Shown one piece after another: positions 18,850 to 28,180 of a DNA stretch of 64,000 nt. How positions within the stretch are numbered: position 1 is the stretch's first letter; each line of letters begins with the position of its first letter. Where the stretch lies: the NCBI GenBank assembly GCA_963733035.1, contig CAVTBU010000005.1, positions 258,483 to 322,482 of the forward strand, written 5' to 3'. The notes under the pieces were generated by a model. It saw only the letters and a list, made by a program, of their open reading frames with translations. It made no database searches and was not told the origin of the DNA. Both the position numbers and the translations under genes were made by a program. The DNA comes from Pirellulales bacterium (lineage in GTDB: Bacteria; Planctomycetota; Planctomycetia; Pirellulales; PALSA-1355).

Positions 18850-19526
18850 CGGTCAGCGCTACTCTTTGCTTGTTCCAAGCGTTCGATCTTGATGTTTCGT
18901 AGGGCGGCCGTCGTCGAGAAGCAGGAAATGCCCAGCGGGCGAGAAAGTTCCACTTCCGGCCGAATGGAGATTCTGCGATCCTTGGTGTCGATGTCGGCCA
19001 TTTGTTTGCCGTCCAGCCAAGTCTCGATCTTGTCATCCGTCACGCGCACCCTCACCTTGTGCCACTTGCCGTTGTTGAACTCCTGATAGCGAGTCGTCTC
19101 ATTCTCAGACGCGTCGCTGCCGTCGATGCTCGATAGGCCGATCACACCGCCACCCCAGCCGCCGATGATGAACGTGCAGGGGTCGTCGCTCACGGGAAAC
19201 GTCAGTCCGCAAAAGAAGTCGCTGCCGTCGACCCGCATCGTTTCCAGCGATATTTCGTAGTTCACTCGCGGGTAATCGCCGGTCCAGGTGATGCCCGTTA
19301 GCGGATTACCAGCTCGCATAATGATCTGGCCGTCTTCGACGTCGACGTCCCCTTCACCACCAAATTTCGTTTTTTTCCAGCCGTCAAGCGATTTACCGTC
19401 AAACAGGATTTGACTCTTACCGGACTTGCTGGGATCACCCGCGCGCGTCACGGTGGGGCCGACCACGGGCAATGAAAACACGAAAAATACGACGGCCTTC
19501 GCTACCCACCCATTTCGCATTGCCAA
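18846..19526 (-). CDS. DUF1080 (3-keto-disaccharide hydrolase-like) domain protein, secreted
   Basis: Signal peptide followed by 'ILFDGKSLDGWKKTKFGGEG...WHKVRVRVTDDKIETWLDGKQM...ALRNIKIERL', the typical DUF1080 jelly-roll pattern. Confidence 0.85.
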   Translation of the reverse strand: MAMRNGWVAKAVVFFVFSLPVVGPTVTRAGDPSKSGKSQILFDGKSLDGWKKTKFGGEGDVDVEDGQIIMRAGNPLTGITWTGDYPRVNYEISLETMRVDGSDFFCGLTFPVSDDPCTFIIGGWGGGVIGLSSIDGSDASENETTRYQEFNNGKWHKVRVRVTDDKIETWLDGKQMADIDTKDRRISIRPEVELSRPLGISCFSTTAALRNIKIERLEQAKSSADR

Positions 19527-19736
19527 CCTGCTCCCAGAAGATCAAGTTTCCACCCGGCGCAAATACCGACGAGGCACCGGCCTACCATAGCCGCGCCGCC
19601 GGTGCGGGGCAAGGAATTTCCGCGAGTCGCGACGCTCCCCCTTTGGTCGTGCCGCTGGCGCAATTAAAATGGCAGCTCCGGGGTCCCGGCCCATCAGCCA
19701 ATCGCCACACCAAGAAATCACACCAGGAAACCGACC

Positions 19737-20582
19737 ATGCGCAACCACTTCGCCTCCGTCGTCCACGCGACGTTGTTCGCCACGGCCGTAATGATGGCCG
19801 CTTCGCCGGCCGCGTTTGCCGTCGAATTCCCCGACAAGAACCTCGAAGCTGCCCTCCGCAAGCTGGTGTTCGAAAAGCGAAACAACACCGAGGAACTTAC
19901 CGACGACGATCTTCGCAAGATCTCCACCCTCGAAGCCAAGGGGCAAGGCATCAAGAACCTCGCGGGGTTGGAGCACTGCGCCAACTTGCTGCTGCTTGAC
20001 CTGGCGAATAACGAAGTGAGCGATCTCGGGCCAGTCAAGAGTCTGGTCAAACTGCAGTCGCTCACCTTGTCCCAAAATAAGATTTCGGATCTCGTACCGA
20101 TCATGGAATTGGACAAGTTGCAATACTTAAACTTGGAAGGCAACCAGGTTCGATTGTTGCAGCCCCTGAGCGGGATGACGAAACTATCGGCGTTGTATTT
20201 GGCTGATAATCAAATCGAAAGCGTCGCCCCGCTGGCAGGCCTGACGCGGCTTTCGTCGCTCGACTTGGCCAAGAACAAAATCAGCGACATCAATCCGCTC
20301 AACAACATCCCGCGGCTGAACGTCCTGAAGTTGAGCGACAACGCCGTTGCCGACATCGCCCCGGCTACCGCCCATCCTCCGCAAAGCATGCTACTGATCG
20401 AGCGCAATAAGATCGAGGATCTCAAGCCGCTCGTGGCCGCGGCCAAGGCCGACTCCGAAGGGCAAAAAACGTTCGCCCCGTTTCTGCGGCTGTTTCTCGA
20501 GGGCAACCCGCTCTCCGAAGCAGCCAAGAACGAACAGCTCGCCGAACTAAAGCGAGCAGGCGTGCGCGTCGAGAACCAATAG
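19737..20582 (+). CDS. secreted leucine-rich repeat (internalin-like LRR) protein
   Basis: Signal peptide, then about 8 tandem 22-residue LRRs ('LxxLxLxxNxIsDlxPLxxLxx'). Confidence 0.85.
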   Translation: MRNHFASVVHATLFATAVMMAASPAAFAVEFPDKNLEAALRKLVFEKRNNTEELTDDDLRKISTLEAKGQGIKNLAGLEHCANLLLLDLANNEVSDLGPVKSLVKLQSLTLSQNKISDLVPIMELDKLQYLNLEGNQVRLLQPLSGMTKLSALYLADNQIESVAPLAGLTRLSSLDLAKNKISDINPLNNIPRLNVLKLSDNAVADIAPATAHPPQSMLLIERNKIEDLKPLVAAAKADSEGQKTFAPFLRLFLEGNPLSEAAKNEQLAELKRAGVRVENQ

Positions 20583-20597
20583 CTCAGAATCGGATCG

Positions 20598-21374
20598 CTA
20601 CTTGGATTTCAACGGCGTTCCCTGCGCGGATCGTAGCGGCGGTGACTTGGCGCTAATGCCTTGGGACGGCACGGCGCGCACCGGCGGAGCCGCCCGTCGT
20701 CGCAACGGAGTTGCTCGCTCCCAGGGATGGCGGGGAGTGTTGTCAACCGTATCGCGCGGATCCGGCGTCTGCGGTGCCGTTTTGACCCGAGATTTGGTCG
20801 GCGCATTGCGCTGGGGCGGCATGCTCTGTGCTTGACGACGGCTGGAAGGTTGTTGGCCGCGCGGTTTGCTCGCCTCAACTCCCAGGTTCGATTGCCGCCG
20901 AGGCGCCGGTGAAGTCCGCTGCCAAGGCACGCGAGGAAGAGAAGGCGTGGTCGGCGGCCGCCGCAACATCTGCCAGTTTCTAATTGCGTCGCTCGCTTGG
21001 TTGTCCTCGGCTTCGACATTCTCTGGTCTGACGTTCGGCTTGGTCAGATTGCGTACCGCCTCGGTCGACTTTTGCCGCAGGTTTTTAGGCCGCGCCTGGT
21101 CGACCTTGCGCTCAAGAGGCGGCGGATCTGGAAGATTCAAAACGTCCGGGAACGGCAATATTGACCGAGACGCGTCGGCGTCGAATGGACGGCGGCCACC
21201 GTCCGCGGGGACTGTCAGCTCGGGGTGCGGCTCGTTCAACTGCCCGCTCGCGTCCTCTGCCGCTCCCGGTGCAAGGCCAGGCAACAGGGGTCCGTCCTGT
21301 GCGACCGCCCAATTCAAGAGGGCCACCACCGTCAGGGGCCCGCTTAATACCCAGCGTAGCAGCGCTCCCTTCAT
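20598..21374 (-). CDS. Pro/Arg-rich low-complexity secreted hypothetical protein
   Basis: Start chosen at ATG 21374 ('MKGALLRWVLSGPLTVVALLNWAVAQ', signal-like). The remainder is low complexity, so coding status is only moderately supported. Confidence 0.5.
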   Translation of the reverse strand: MKGALLRWVLSGPLTVVALLNWAVAQDGPLLPGLAPGAAEDASGQLNEPHPELTVPADGGRRPFDADASRSILPFPDVLNLPDPPPLERKVDQARPKNLRQKSTEAVRNLTKPNVRPENVEAEDNQASDAIRNWQMLRRPPTTPSLPRVPWQRTSPAPRRQSNLGVEASKPRGQQPSSRRQAQSMPPQRNAPTKSRVKTAPQTPDPRDTVDNTPRHPWERATPLRRRAAPPVRAVPSQGISAKSPPLRSAQGTPLKSK

Positions 21375-21481
21375 TGGGCACGATACTCCTGACGGTTGGC
21401 GAACAAGGAAAATGAACAAGGCATCGGCAGCCTGTCGGCTATCGTTATTCTCGTCGACCGCCCCCCGACCGGATGCGACTT

Positions 21482-21570
21482 TAGGGCATGCTCGTTAGAA
21501 CCGTTGCCATCCGTCTTCGCCGCGCAAACCGAGTTCCGCGGCACGCTGCTTGCACTGCCAGCATGCCCTA
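21482..21570. repeat. nested inverted repeats in the ku upstream region
   Basis: The outer arms are a perfect 11-bp pair, TAGGGCATGCT (21482-21492) and AGCATGCCCTA (21560-21570). The inner stem is 6 bp, GCCGCG (21519-21524) with CGCGGC (21537-21542). The element ends 89 nt upstream of the ku ATG. Confidence 0.5.
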
Positions 21571-21659
21571 GGGTTTAATACGTCAACAGCCACCTTAAAC
21601 GCGGTCGAGACGGGGCTTTGCGCAACGACTGGCCGCCTCGAAAAGAGGGACGTGCGGCC

Positions 21660-22532
21660 ATGGCCATGCGCTCGAGTTGGAAGGGCTATCTGAAGCTAAG
21701 CCTCGTCTCGGTGCCCGTACAGGCTTTTAATTCGGCGGCAGCGAGCGGGGGCGAAATCCACTTCAACCAATTGCACTCGGAGTGCCACAGCCGCATTCGC
21801 TATCAAAAGGTGTGCCCAATTCACGGCGAGGTGAGCAAGGACGAAATCGTCCTGGGCTATGAATACGCCAAAGGCAAGTACACGATCGTCGATCCCGAGG
21901 AAATCGAAAAGCTTCGCCGTGAAAACGACCGCGCCATCAACATCGCAGAGTTTATCGCCCCCGATGCGCTCGATCCGGTTTATCTCGACGGGCGAAACTA
22001 CTACCTGGTTCCCGATACTCCGGTCGGGCAAAAGCCGTACGCCGTGCTGCACGACGCCATGACCAAGCGCGACCGGCACGGGCTTGCCCGCGTGATTTTC
22101 TCCGGCAAGGAGCAGCTCGTGCTCGTGCGCCCGATGAACGGCCTGCTGATGATGTCGATGCTCAACTACGAAAGCCAGATTCGCAAACCGGAAGCCTTCG
22201 AAGACGAGGTACCGCGGCCCAAAGTTTCCTCTCAGGAGGTGAAGCTGGCCGAGATGCTGATCGACGCCTCGACGTCCAAGAAATTCGATTTCTCGAAATA
22301 TCAAGACTTGTATACTGAGCGATTGACCGAGCTGATCAACGCCAAGATCGAAGGGAAAGAGGTCGTGGCTCCGCCGTCGGAGGAAGAGGTACCAGTCATC
22401 AATCTGATGGACGCACTCAAGCAAAGCCTGAACAAATCCGGCAAACGAGCCGCTACCGAAAGAGCAAAACCCGCCAAAAAAATGGCCGCCAGCCGACGAC
22501 AAACGACACCCGGCAAGCGAAAATCTTCGTAA
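21660..22532 (+). CDS. ku: Ku protein (non-homologous end joining)
   Basis: 'MAMRSSWKGYLKLSLVSVPVQAFNS...IHFNQLHSECHSRIRYQKVCPIHGEV...GYEYAKGKY' and a Lys-rich C-terminal tail. An AAGAGGGA sits about 11 nt upstream of ATG 21660. Confidence 0.9.
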   Translation: MAMRSSWKGYLKLSLVSVPVQAFNSAAASGGEIHFNQLHSECHSRIRYQKVCPIHGEVSKDEIVLGYEYAKGKYTIVDPEEIEKLRRENDRAINIAEFIAPDALDPVYLDGRNYYLVPDTPVGQKPYAVLHDAMTKRDRHGLARVIFSGKEQLVLVRPMNGLLMMSMLNYESQIRKPEAFEDEVPRPKVSSQEVKLAEMLIDASTSKKFDFSKYQDLYTERLTELINAKIEGKEVVAPPSEEEVPVINLMDALKQSLNKSGKRAATERAKPAKKMAASRRQTTPGKRKSS

Positions 22533-22612
22533 ACGGCCCGCCGCTTGGAACCGGGAAAACGGCCACGGCGTTATTTGATCCGAGACCGAGTACAGCAACG
22601 GAGTGTAGACGC

Positions 22613-23782
22613 GTGGCTCAAACGCTCGCCAACACCAACTGGCTCCAAGGCAAACGCGTTGTCCTGGCCGGGCGGTTAGCCTCGATGACCCGTGATGAAG
22701 CAGCGCAATTGATCGCTGCTCACGGAGGTGTGCTTGCCCGCTCGATTACACGATCCGCGTCGGTTGTGATCGTGGGCCGCGAGGGCTGCCCGCTGGCGCG
22801 CGATGGTCGCCCTAATCGCAGACTGCGACGCGCGCTGGCACTCGTCAAACAAGGACACGAGGTGGAAATCCTGCCCGAGGAGGAGTTGCTAGCCCGGCTG
22901 CACCGCCCCACGGATCGTTTCCAGCATCACTTCACGCTGCGCGAGCTGTCGGAAATGTTAGCCGTGTCGACTGAGCGGCTGCACGTGTGGCTCCGCGCGG
23001 GACTGATTGAACCGGCCGAAATCGTCGACGGCATACGCTACTTCGAGTTTCGCCAGGTGGCCGGCGCCAAGAGCTTGTGTGAACTCGTGCGCAGCGGCGT
23101 GACCACCGCCCGCTTGCGACAGAGCCTGCGACGTCTGCGCAAGTGGCTCGGCGATATTGAGGATCCACTCTCGCAGTTAACGACGCTCGAGCACTCTCGC
23201 CAACTCGTCGTGAGGCTGGATAATGGCCAACTCGCCGAACCGAGCGGTCAATTGCTGCTCGCGTTCAGCGCCGAACCGGCCGAGACGCTGCCGACTTCCG
23301 TCCCCTGGACCGCTGAAAGCAGGTCGGTCGAAGAATGGTTCGAACTCGGCTGTCAGGCCGAGGACCGCGAGGACTTTCAGCAGGCGACCCATGCGTTCCG
23401 CCAAGCGCTGCTCGCCGGCGGCCCCGCGGCCGAGATCTCCTTCAACCTGGCCAACGTACTCTGTTCGCTGGGTGACTACGCTCGAGCCAGCGAACGCTAT
23501 CGGCAGGTGCTCGAGCTGGATCCGAACTTCTGCGAGGCGTGGAACAACCTGGGAACCGTACTCACTTACGAAGGTGAAAATGCCGAAGCGGTGACAGCTT
23601 ATCGGCATGCGTTGCGGCTGCACGCAAGCTATGCTGACGCGCACTACAACCTGGCCGATACGCTCGATGACCTCGGGTGCACTGACGAGGCCGCGGAACA
23701 TTGGCGGAGATATCTCGAACTCGAACCGCGCGGGCCGGGTGCCGAATACGCACTCGACCGTCTCCATCAGCGGCCGCGTTAG
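22613..23782 (+). CDS. BRCT domain - MerR-type HTH - TPR repeat protein
   Basis: N-terminus is LigA-like BRCT ('LQGKRVVLAGRLASMTRDEAAQLIAAHGGVLARSITRSASVVIVGREG'). The middle is a MerR-like HTH ('FTLRELSEMLAVSTERLHVWLRAGLIEP...IRYFEFRQV'). The C-terminus has 3-4 TPRs ('AEAVTAYRHALRLHASYADAHYNLADTL...'). GTG start, 80 nt after ku on the same strand. Confidence 0.8.
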   Translation: MAQTLANTNWLQGKRVVLAGRLASMTRDEAAQLIAAHGGVLARSITRSASVVIVGREGCPLARDGRPNRRLRRALALVKQGHEVEILPEEELLARLHRPTDRFQHHFTLRELSEMLAVSTERLHVWLRAGLIEPAEIVDGIRYFEFRQVAGAKSLCELVRSGVTTARLRQSLRRLRKWLGDIEDPLSQLTTLEHSRQLVVRLDNGQLAEPSGQLLLAFSAEPAETLPTSVPWTAESRSVEEWFELGCQAEDREDFQQATHAFRQALLAGGPAAEISFNLANVLCSLGDYARASERYRQVLELDPNFCEAWNNLGTVLTYEGENAEAVTAYRHALRLHASYADAHYNLADTLDDLGCTDEAAEHWRRYLELEPRGPGAEYALDRLHQRPR

Positions 23783-23786
23783 AGCG

Positions 23787-25292
23787 TCACGTCTTATTCG
23801 CTTCGGCCGGCTTCCCGTTCTCTTCGGTCTCGGCCGGTCTGAGCAAATCCTCACCCTCCTCGGAGGGTCGCGCCAGGTCAGCTTGCTGTTGGATCTCCCC
23901 CTTTTCGCTCGCCAATCCACCTTCGGCCAAGGTCGCCATAGCGCCTTCCCGCGTCGACACCGGCGACCGTGTGTGGGGCGCCGGAACGCTCGACGTCGCC
24001 TGACGCGCGCGCCCTTCTTGTTCCGACATTTGCACGGGCACGCCTTGCGGAAAGACGAGTTCACGCGTCTCGAAGGGAATCGTAATTCCGTGTTCGTTGA
24101 ATGCTTGCTTGATCAGCCGAATGAGTGCCGACTTCACTCTCATCCAGCTATGCTCTTCAACGTTTACCCAAAAATAGACTCTCAGCGTCACGGCGGACGT
24201 TGCAAACTCCTCGGCTAGTACCATCGGCTCCGGGTCCTCGAGGACGGCCGGATGATCATGCAACAGCGATAGTGCAATTTCCTGCGCTTTGGCGACGTCG
24301 ACGCTGTATGCCACGCCGACCGTAAAGTCCGTCCGACGATTCGGGCTACTAGTGTAGTTGATGATGGTACTCTTATAGACCGCGGAATTGGGAATTTGCA
24401 CGTGGTTCCCCTCGAACGTCATCAGCAGCGTCGTGCGGACGTTCATCCGCTGTACGATGCCCATGACCCCGTTGATTTCGACCAGGTCGCCATTGAGAAA
24501 CGGAGTCTGCACACTCAGAAAGATGCTAGCCAGAAAATTCTCCGTGATATCGCGGAACCCGATGCCTAGCACCAACCCGACCAGGCCCGTGCCGCCGAGG
24601 ACCGTCAGCGCCAGGCGCGTCAATCCCGACACATACAACACGACGTAGAGTCCAAACAGCATCACCAGTGCACCGCCGATCCAGGCCGCAACACCGCGCA
24701 ATAGCTGGCTGCCAAATCGACGACGAAACAGGATTAGCAGCAGCCTATTCGTCAGTCGTGCGGCCAAATACGCCAGCACGATGATCCCGAGGCAAAACAA
24801 CAACCAGGGGGAATGGCGCACGCTGGTTCGCCATAAATCATAGATCCCGTTGAGCGCGGGCCTGAAATCCCAGACCGACGGCTGGATCACGTCGATCAAA
24901 TTGACCACCGCGACGACGTCCTGCGTGCTTCGCGCCAAGTCGCCGGCCCACTGTTTCCGCTCGTCCGTTTCAGTCGAACCGCGCAGAAAGGCCACGCCTT
25001 CCTGTACCTCAACATCCGGCTCATAGAACCAGTCGGGAGTGGCCTTGAGGATCTTTTCCAGACGATCGGCAATTTGATCGTCGCTAACTTTGGGCTTAAC
25101 GTCTATCTGCGCGGCGGGCGATTCCGGACCAGGTGCCTTCCCCGGCGGTACGGGCTTGAGTTCATCGTCCGTCACGCCTTTACCGGTTTGCGCGGGCAAT
25201 TGCGCGCGCGTTCCGCCCGCGATTCCCACCAGAATTGCCAGTCCCAGCAATCCGAGGCCGACCCGGTAGCGCCACTGGTTCATGACTCGCAA
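23787..25292 (-). CDS. mechanosensitive ion channel (MscS) family protein with periplasmic BON domain
   Basis: BON-like segment 'DQIADRLEKILKATPDWFYEPDVEVQEGVAFLRGSTE', several TM helices, and the MscS beta-domain 'GDLVEINGVMGIVQRMNVRTTLLMTFEGNHVQIPNSAV'. Confidence 0.85.
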   Translation of the reverse strand: MRVMNQWRYRVGLGLLGLAILVGIAGGTRAQLPAQTGKGVTDDELKPVPPGKAPGPESPAAQIDVKPKVSDDQIADRLEKILKATPDWFYEPDVEVQEGVAFLRGSTETDERKQWAGDLARSTQDVVAVVNLIDVIQPSVWDFRPALNGIYDLWRTSVRHSPWLLFCLGIIVLAYLAARLTNRLLLILFRRRFGSQLLRGVAAWIGGALVMLFGLYVVLYVSGLTRLALTVLGGTGLVGLVLGIGFRDITENFLASIFLSVQTPFLNGDLVEINGVMGIVQRMNVRTTLLMTFEGNHVQIPNSAVYKSTIINYTSSPNRRTDFTVGVAYSVDVAKAQEIALSLLHDHPAVLEDPEPMVLAEEFATSAVTLRVYFWVNVEEHSWMRVKSALIRLIKQAFNEHGITIPFETRELVFPQGVPVQMSEQEGRARQATSSVPAPHTRSPVSTREGAMATLAEGGLASEKGEIQQQADLARPSEEGEDLLRPAETEENGKPAEANKT

Positions 25293-25511
25293 TCTCTCCC
25301 TCGCCCCAACGGTTTTTTGAATGTCCGCATGTCGGCGCTATTATTCGGATCCCGACAACCCCTCGGACTGTCGCAACTTGTGCCAAACAGACACGGTTGC
25401 CCTGCCGCCCGGCGTATTCTAAAACCACGGTTTCTGATGAAGCAACTACCCGACGCGGACACTTCGCTCGGGCTTGAGGTTTTGACGAATCGAAGATCGG
25501 CTGAGGACTCC

Positions 25512-26755
25512 ATGTCAGCGTTGCGTTACGGCATTGTCGGTGGCGGATTCATTTCCGCGTTTCAACTCAAGGCCCTGCGCCAAGTGCGCGGCGTCGAAGT
25601 GGCAGGACTCGTATCGCGCCGGCCGCCGAATGAATTGGCGGCCTACGTTCGCCAACACGGCCTAGGCGAAGGCAAAATCTACGACAGCATCAAGGAAATG
25701 GCGCCGCACGTCGACGTCATCGCCATCTTCGCGCCGAACTTCGTGCGGGTGGCAATGGTCGAAGAGCTCGTCGATGCCGTGAAGACCGGCGCGCGCACCT
25801 CAAGGGCGTCATCTGCGAAAAGCCGCTTGGACGCAATCTAAGCGAAGCACGGCGACTGGTGGAACTCGTCGAGTCGGTCAAGCTGCCACACGCCTACTTC
25901 GAAAACCAACTGCATATGAAGTCGATCCAGGCCCATCGGGCGCAGCTCGCCCCGATCATCGAGGCCATGGGACCTCCGGTGCTCGCCCGGTCCTCGGAAG
26001 AACACGCCGGTCCGCATAATCCCTGGTTCTGGGATCCGGTGCGTCAGGGAGGCGGCGTGATGAGCGATATGGGCTGTCACTGCCTGGCCGTCGGTTGGTA
26101 CGCCCTCACGCCGCCGAGTAAGAGTCCCACGTTCCTCCAGCCGCAAAGCGTGATGGCCGACCTGTCGCTGCTTAAATGGGGCCAACCTCGTTGGAAGCAG
26201 GAGTTGCGCGAGAAACTCGGCGTCGATTACGACCAGACACCGGCCGAGGACTTTGCCACCGGCATGGTCACCTACAAAAATCCCGACAGCGGAGCCAAGG
26301 TAAAAAGCCAGTTCACCGTTTCCTGGATGTACGACAAGCAGGGGCTGCGGCTGGCGCTCGACGGTATCGGCCCAGGCTATGCCTTTGAAATGAATACCCT
26401 CCGATCCCCGCTGGAGATCTTCATTGGCGATTTGGCCGCCAGTGGCGCGGCCGACAGCGAGTTGGCGCTGGAAAAGTCGCAATCGACTCGAGGATTGCTG
26501 GCAGTCCACAGCAACGAAGCGGACTTGTACGGCTACAACGACGAAAACGAAGACGCCATCGCGGCATTCACGCGGAATCGCCCACCGATGCTCGACTGGC
26601 ACTATGGCGTCGAAATCGTACGGTTGACGATGGCCGCCTATCTGTCCGCCGAGCGACGCGCAACAGTGGACCTGACCGACCCGGCGACGGAGCGCGAACT
26701 CGAAACCTACGTACCACTCATTCAGCAAGGGCGCGGTGGCGAAGTGTTACGGTAG
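25512..26755 (+). pseudogene. Gfo/Idh/MocA family oxidoreductase; frame broken within 25791-25798 (or assembly indel)
   Basis: Fragment 1 (frame 0, ending at 25841) has the Rossmann start 'MSALRYGIVGGGFISAFQLKAL...'. Fragment 2 (25859..26755, frame 2) has a frame that, read upstream of its ATG, gives 'HLKGVICEKPLGRNLSEARRLVELVESVKLPHAYFEN', which includes the family EKP motif. One missing nt in 'gcgcgcac' explains the break. Confidence 0.8.
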
Positions 26756-26884
26756 TAGCGTCTGGCGCGAACACGTGGAGACCTTCGCTGCCGGCAAAGG
26801 TAGTGGGAAAATTGCCGACTTTCGCGGCGCGAAGTACAATCGTGTTGCCTGACGTGACGGTTCCACGCACACCCGAGGTCGACC

Positions 26885-27076
26885 ATGCACGAACGTCCCG
26901 AAATCGAACAGTGGCTCAGCGAACGCGGCTATCCGCCAGCGGCGATCGAGAAGATTCTCGAACGACTAGATCGCTTCGATGCCAAGATCAACCGCGAGAG
27001 CGTCTTCGACGCCATTTCGACCGGAGAAATCGACATGGACTCACTAATCAAGGAAGTCCTCGGCGACAGCACCTGA
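26885..27076 (+). CDS. small acidic hypothetical protein (63 aa)
   Basis: ORF 'MHERPEIEQWLSERGYPPAAIEKILERLDRFDAKINRESVFDAISTGEIDMDSLIKEVLGDST' has protein-like composition. A GAGG sits about 8 nt upstream. No family recognised. Confidence 0.45.
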   Translation: MHERPEIEQWLSERGYPPAAIEKILERLDRFDAKINRESVFDAISTGEIDMDSLIKEVLGDST

Positions 27077-27182
27077 TCGAGTCCCAGGCCCGTGCACGAC
27101 GAGCCGGGAAACGTCTTGCTGTGGGATGCGCTTCCCTAGACTGGTCGGATCAAGCCTTCGCGCGATTTGCCTTTGCCGCGCT

Positions 27183-27932
27183 TCACGCTCCGGCGCCATT
27201 CGCGGCGATCAGATGATCCTCGGACAAATGAAAGTCGACCACGAGCGGCAAGTGGTCGCTGGCCACCTTGGCGAGCGCGCTGCGTACCACGCGAGCCTGG
27301 CGCACAAAAACATCGCCGCGGCAGAATGCCTTGTCGAGCGAGCCCATGGGAAAGTATGCCGGAAATGATCGAAACCGCGAAATTGGCGCCGTAACCTGTG
27401 TAAAACGGTGCTCGGCGAATGGGCCGGTTCCGAGCGTGTTCCGCCAGTCATTGCTGTCGCCAGCAACCAGTATCGGCAGATCCGCGGCCTGCCGAAACAG
27501 GTGGTGGTTCAGCAAGTGCCCCACCTGCCAATGTCGTTCTTTTTCTGCTAACCCCAAATGCCAGTGCACCAGGTGCAATGGCCCTTCGGGCGTCTCGACG
27601 ATTGCCAATTGCGCCCCACGTGGGCGTTTGCCTCCCATCCGCAGTGAGATTTGATGGCAGGAGTGAATCGGCCAACGGGAGAGTATCAGGTTCCCGTAGC
27701 CGCCGGTCTTGAGCCGCACGGTCGTCTGACGGAGCCGCGCGACGGCATTGAAATGCTTCGCGAGCATTTCGCATTGATCGTGAAACCGGGAGCGCCGGCA
27801 ATTGTGATCGACCTCCTGTAGGCAGATCAGATCGGGATTTTCTCCCTCGATGACGTCGATCACCCGCGCCAGGTCATAGCGCCGATCGCGGCCGCCAATT
27901 CCCTTGTGGATGTTGTAACTCAATAGCCGCAT
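27183..27932 (-). CDS. endonuclease/exonuclease/phosphatase (EEP) family protein
   Basis: 'MRLLSYNIHKG...NPDLICLQEVD...VAGDSNDW...ASDHLPLVVDF', the full EEP motif set. Confidence 0.9.
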   Translation of the reverse strand: MRLLSYNIHKGIGGRDRRYDLARVIDVIEGENPDLICLQEVDHNCRRSRFHDQCEMLAKHFNAVARLRQTTVRLKTGGYGNLILSRWPIHSCHQISLRMGGKRPRGAQLAIVETPEGPLHLVHWHLGLAEKERHWQVGHLLNHHLFRQAADLPILVAGDSNDWRNTLGTGPFAEHRFTQVTAPISRFRSFPAYFPMGSLDKAFCRGDVFVRQARVVRSALAKVASDHLPLVVDFHLSEDHLIAANGAGA

Positions 27933-28180
27933 TGTCTCGCGCCGTCTCCATCCCTTTCAGCAGCGGCAAAGCTACGCGTAAGCTCGCCGTGGAAACCCTA
28001 CTTTTTCTTACGTCAGATCGCCCTGTACCGTTCTATACTCCGTCAATATCCTGTCAAACCGAGGAAAATCTTGCGTCTACCCCAGGGTGCTTGCGAGCGC
28101 AGTCCCGCGCAGTTAGCCTGGACCAACAAAGTCGGGCGTCAAACGGTAAGGCCCTGAAAATCCCCCCGGAGTTCGCAATC

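Noticed and set aside
21720-21800. Possible novel zinc-ribbon insertion in Ku ('HSECHSRIRYQKVCPIHG')
   Set aside because: Equivalent Cys/His-containing segments occur at the same position in well-known bacterial Ku proteins (Bacillus and Mycobacterium types as I recall them), so it is a family feature, not a novelty.
21696-22598. Long antisense ORFs opposite well-supported genes. This one is 300 aa antisense to ku. Others are 6192..6866, 23177..24064, 25838..26728, 28493..29503, 31194..31895, 40643..41653, 48233..49066 and 56343..57299.
   Set aside because: They are Arg/Gly/Pro/His-rich and show no family resemblance. Some span junctions of two real genes (e.g. 28493..29503). Each lies opposite a strongly supported CDS. 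This is the expected stop-codon-poor antisense artefact of GC-rich DNA.
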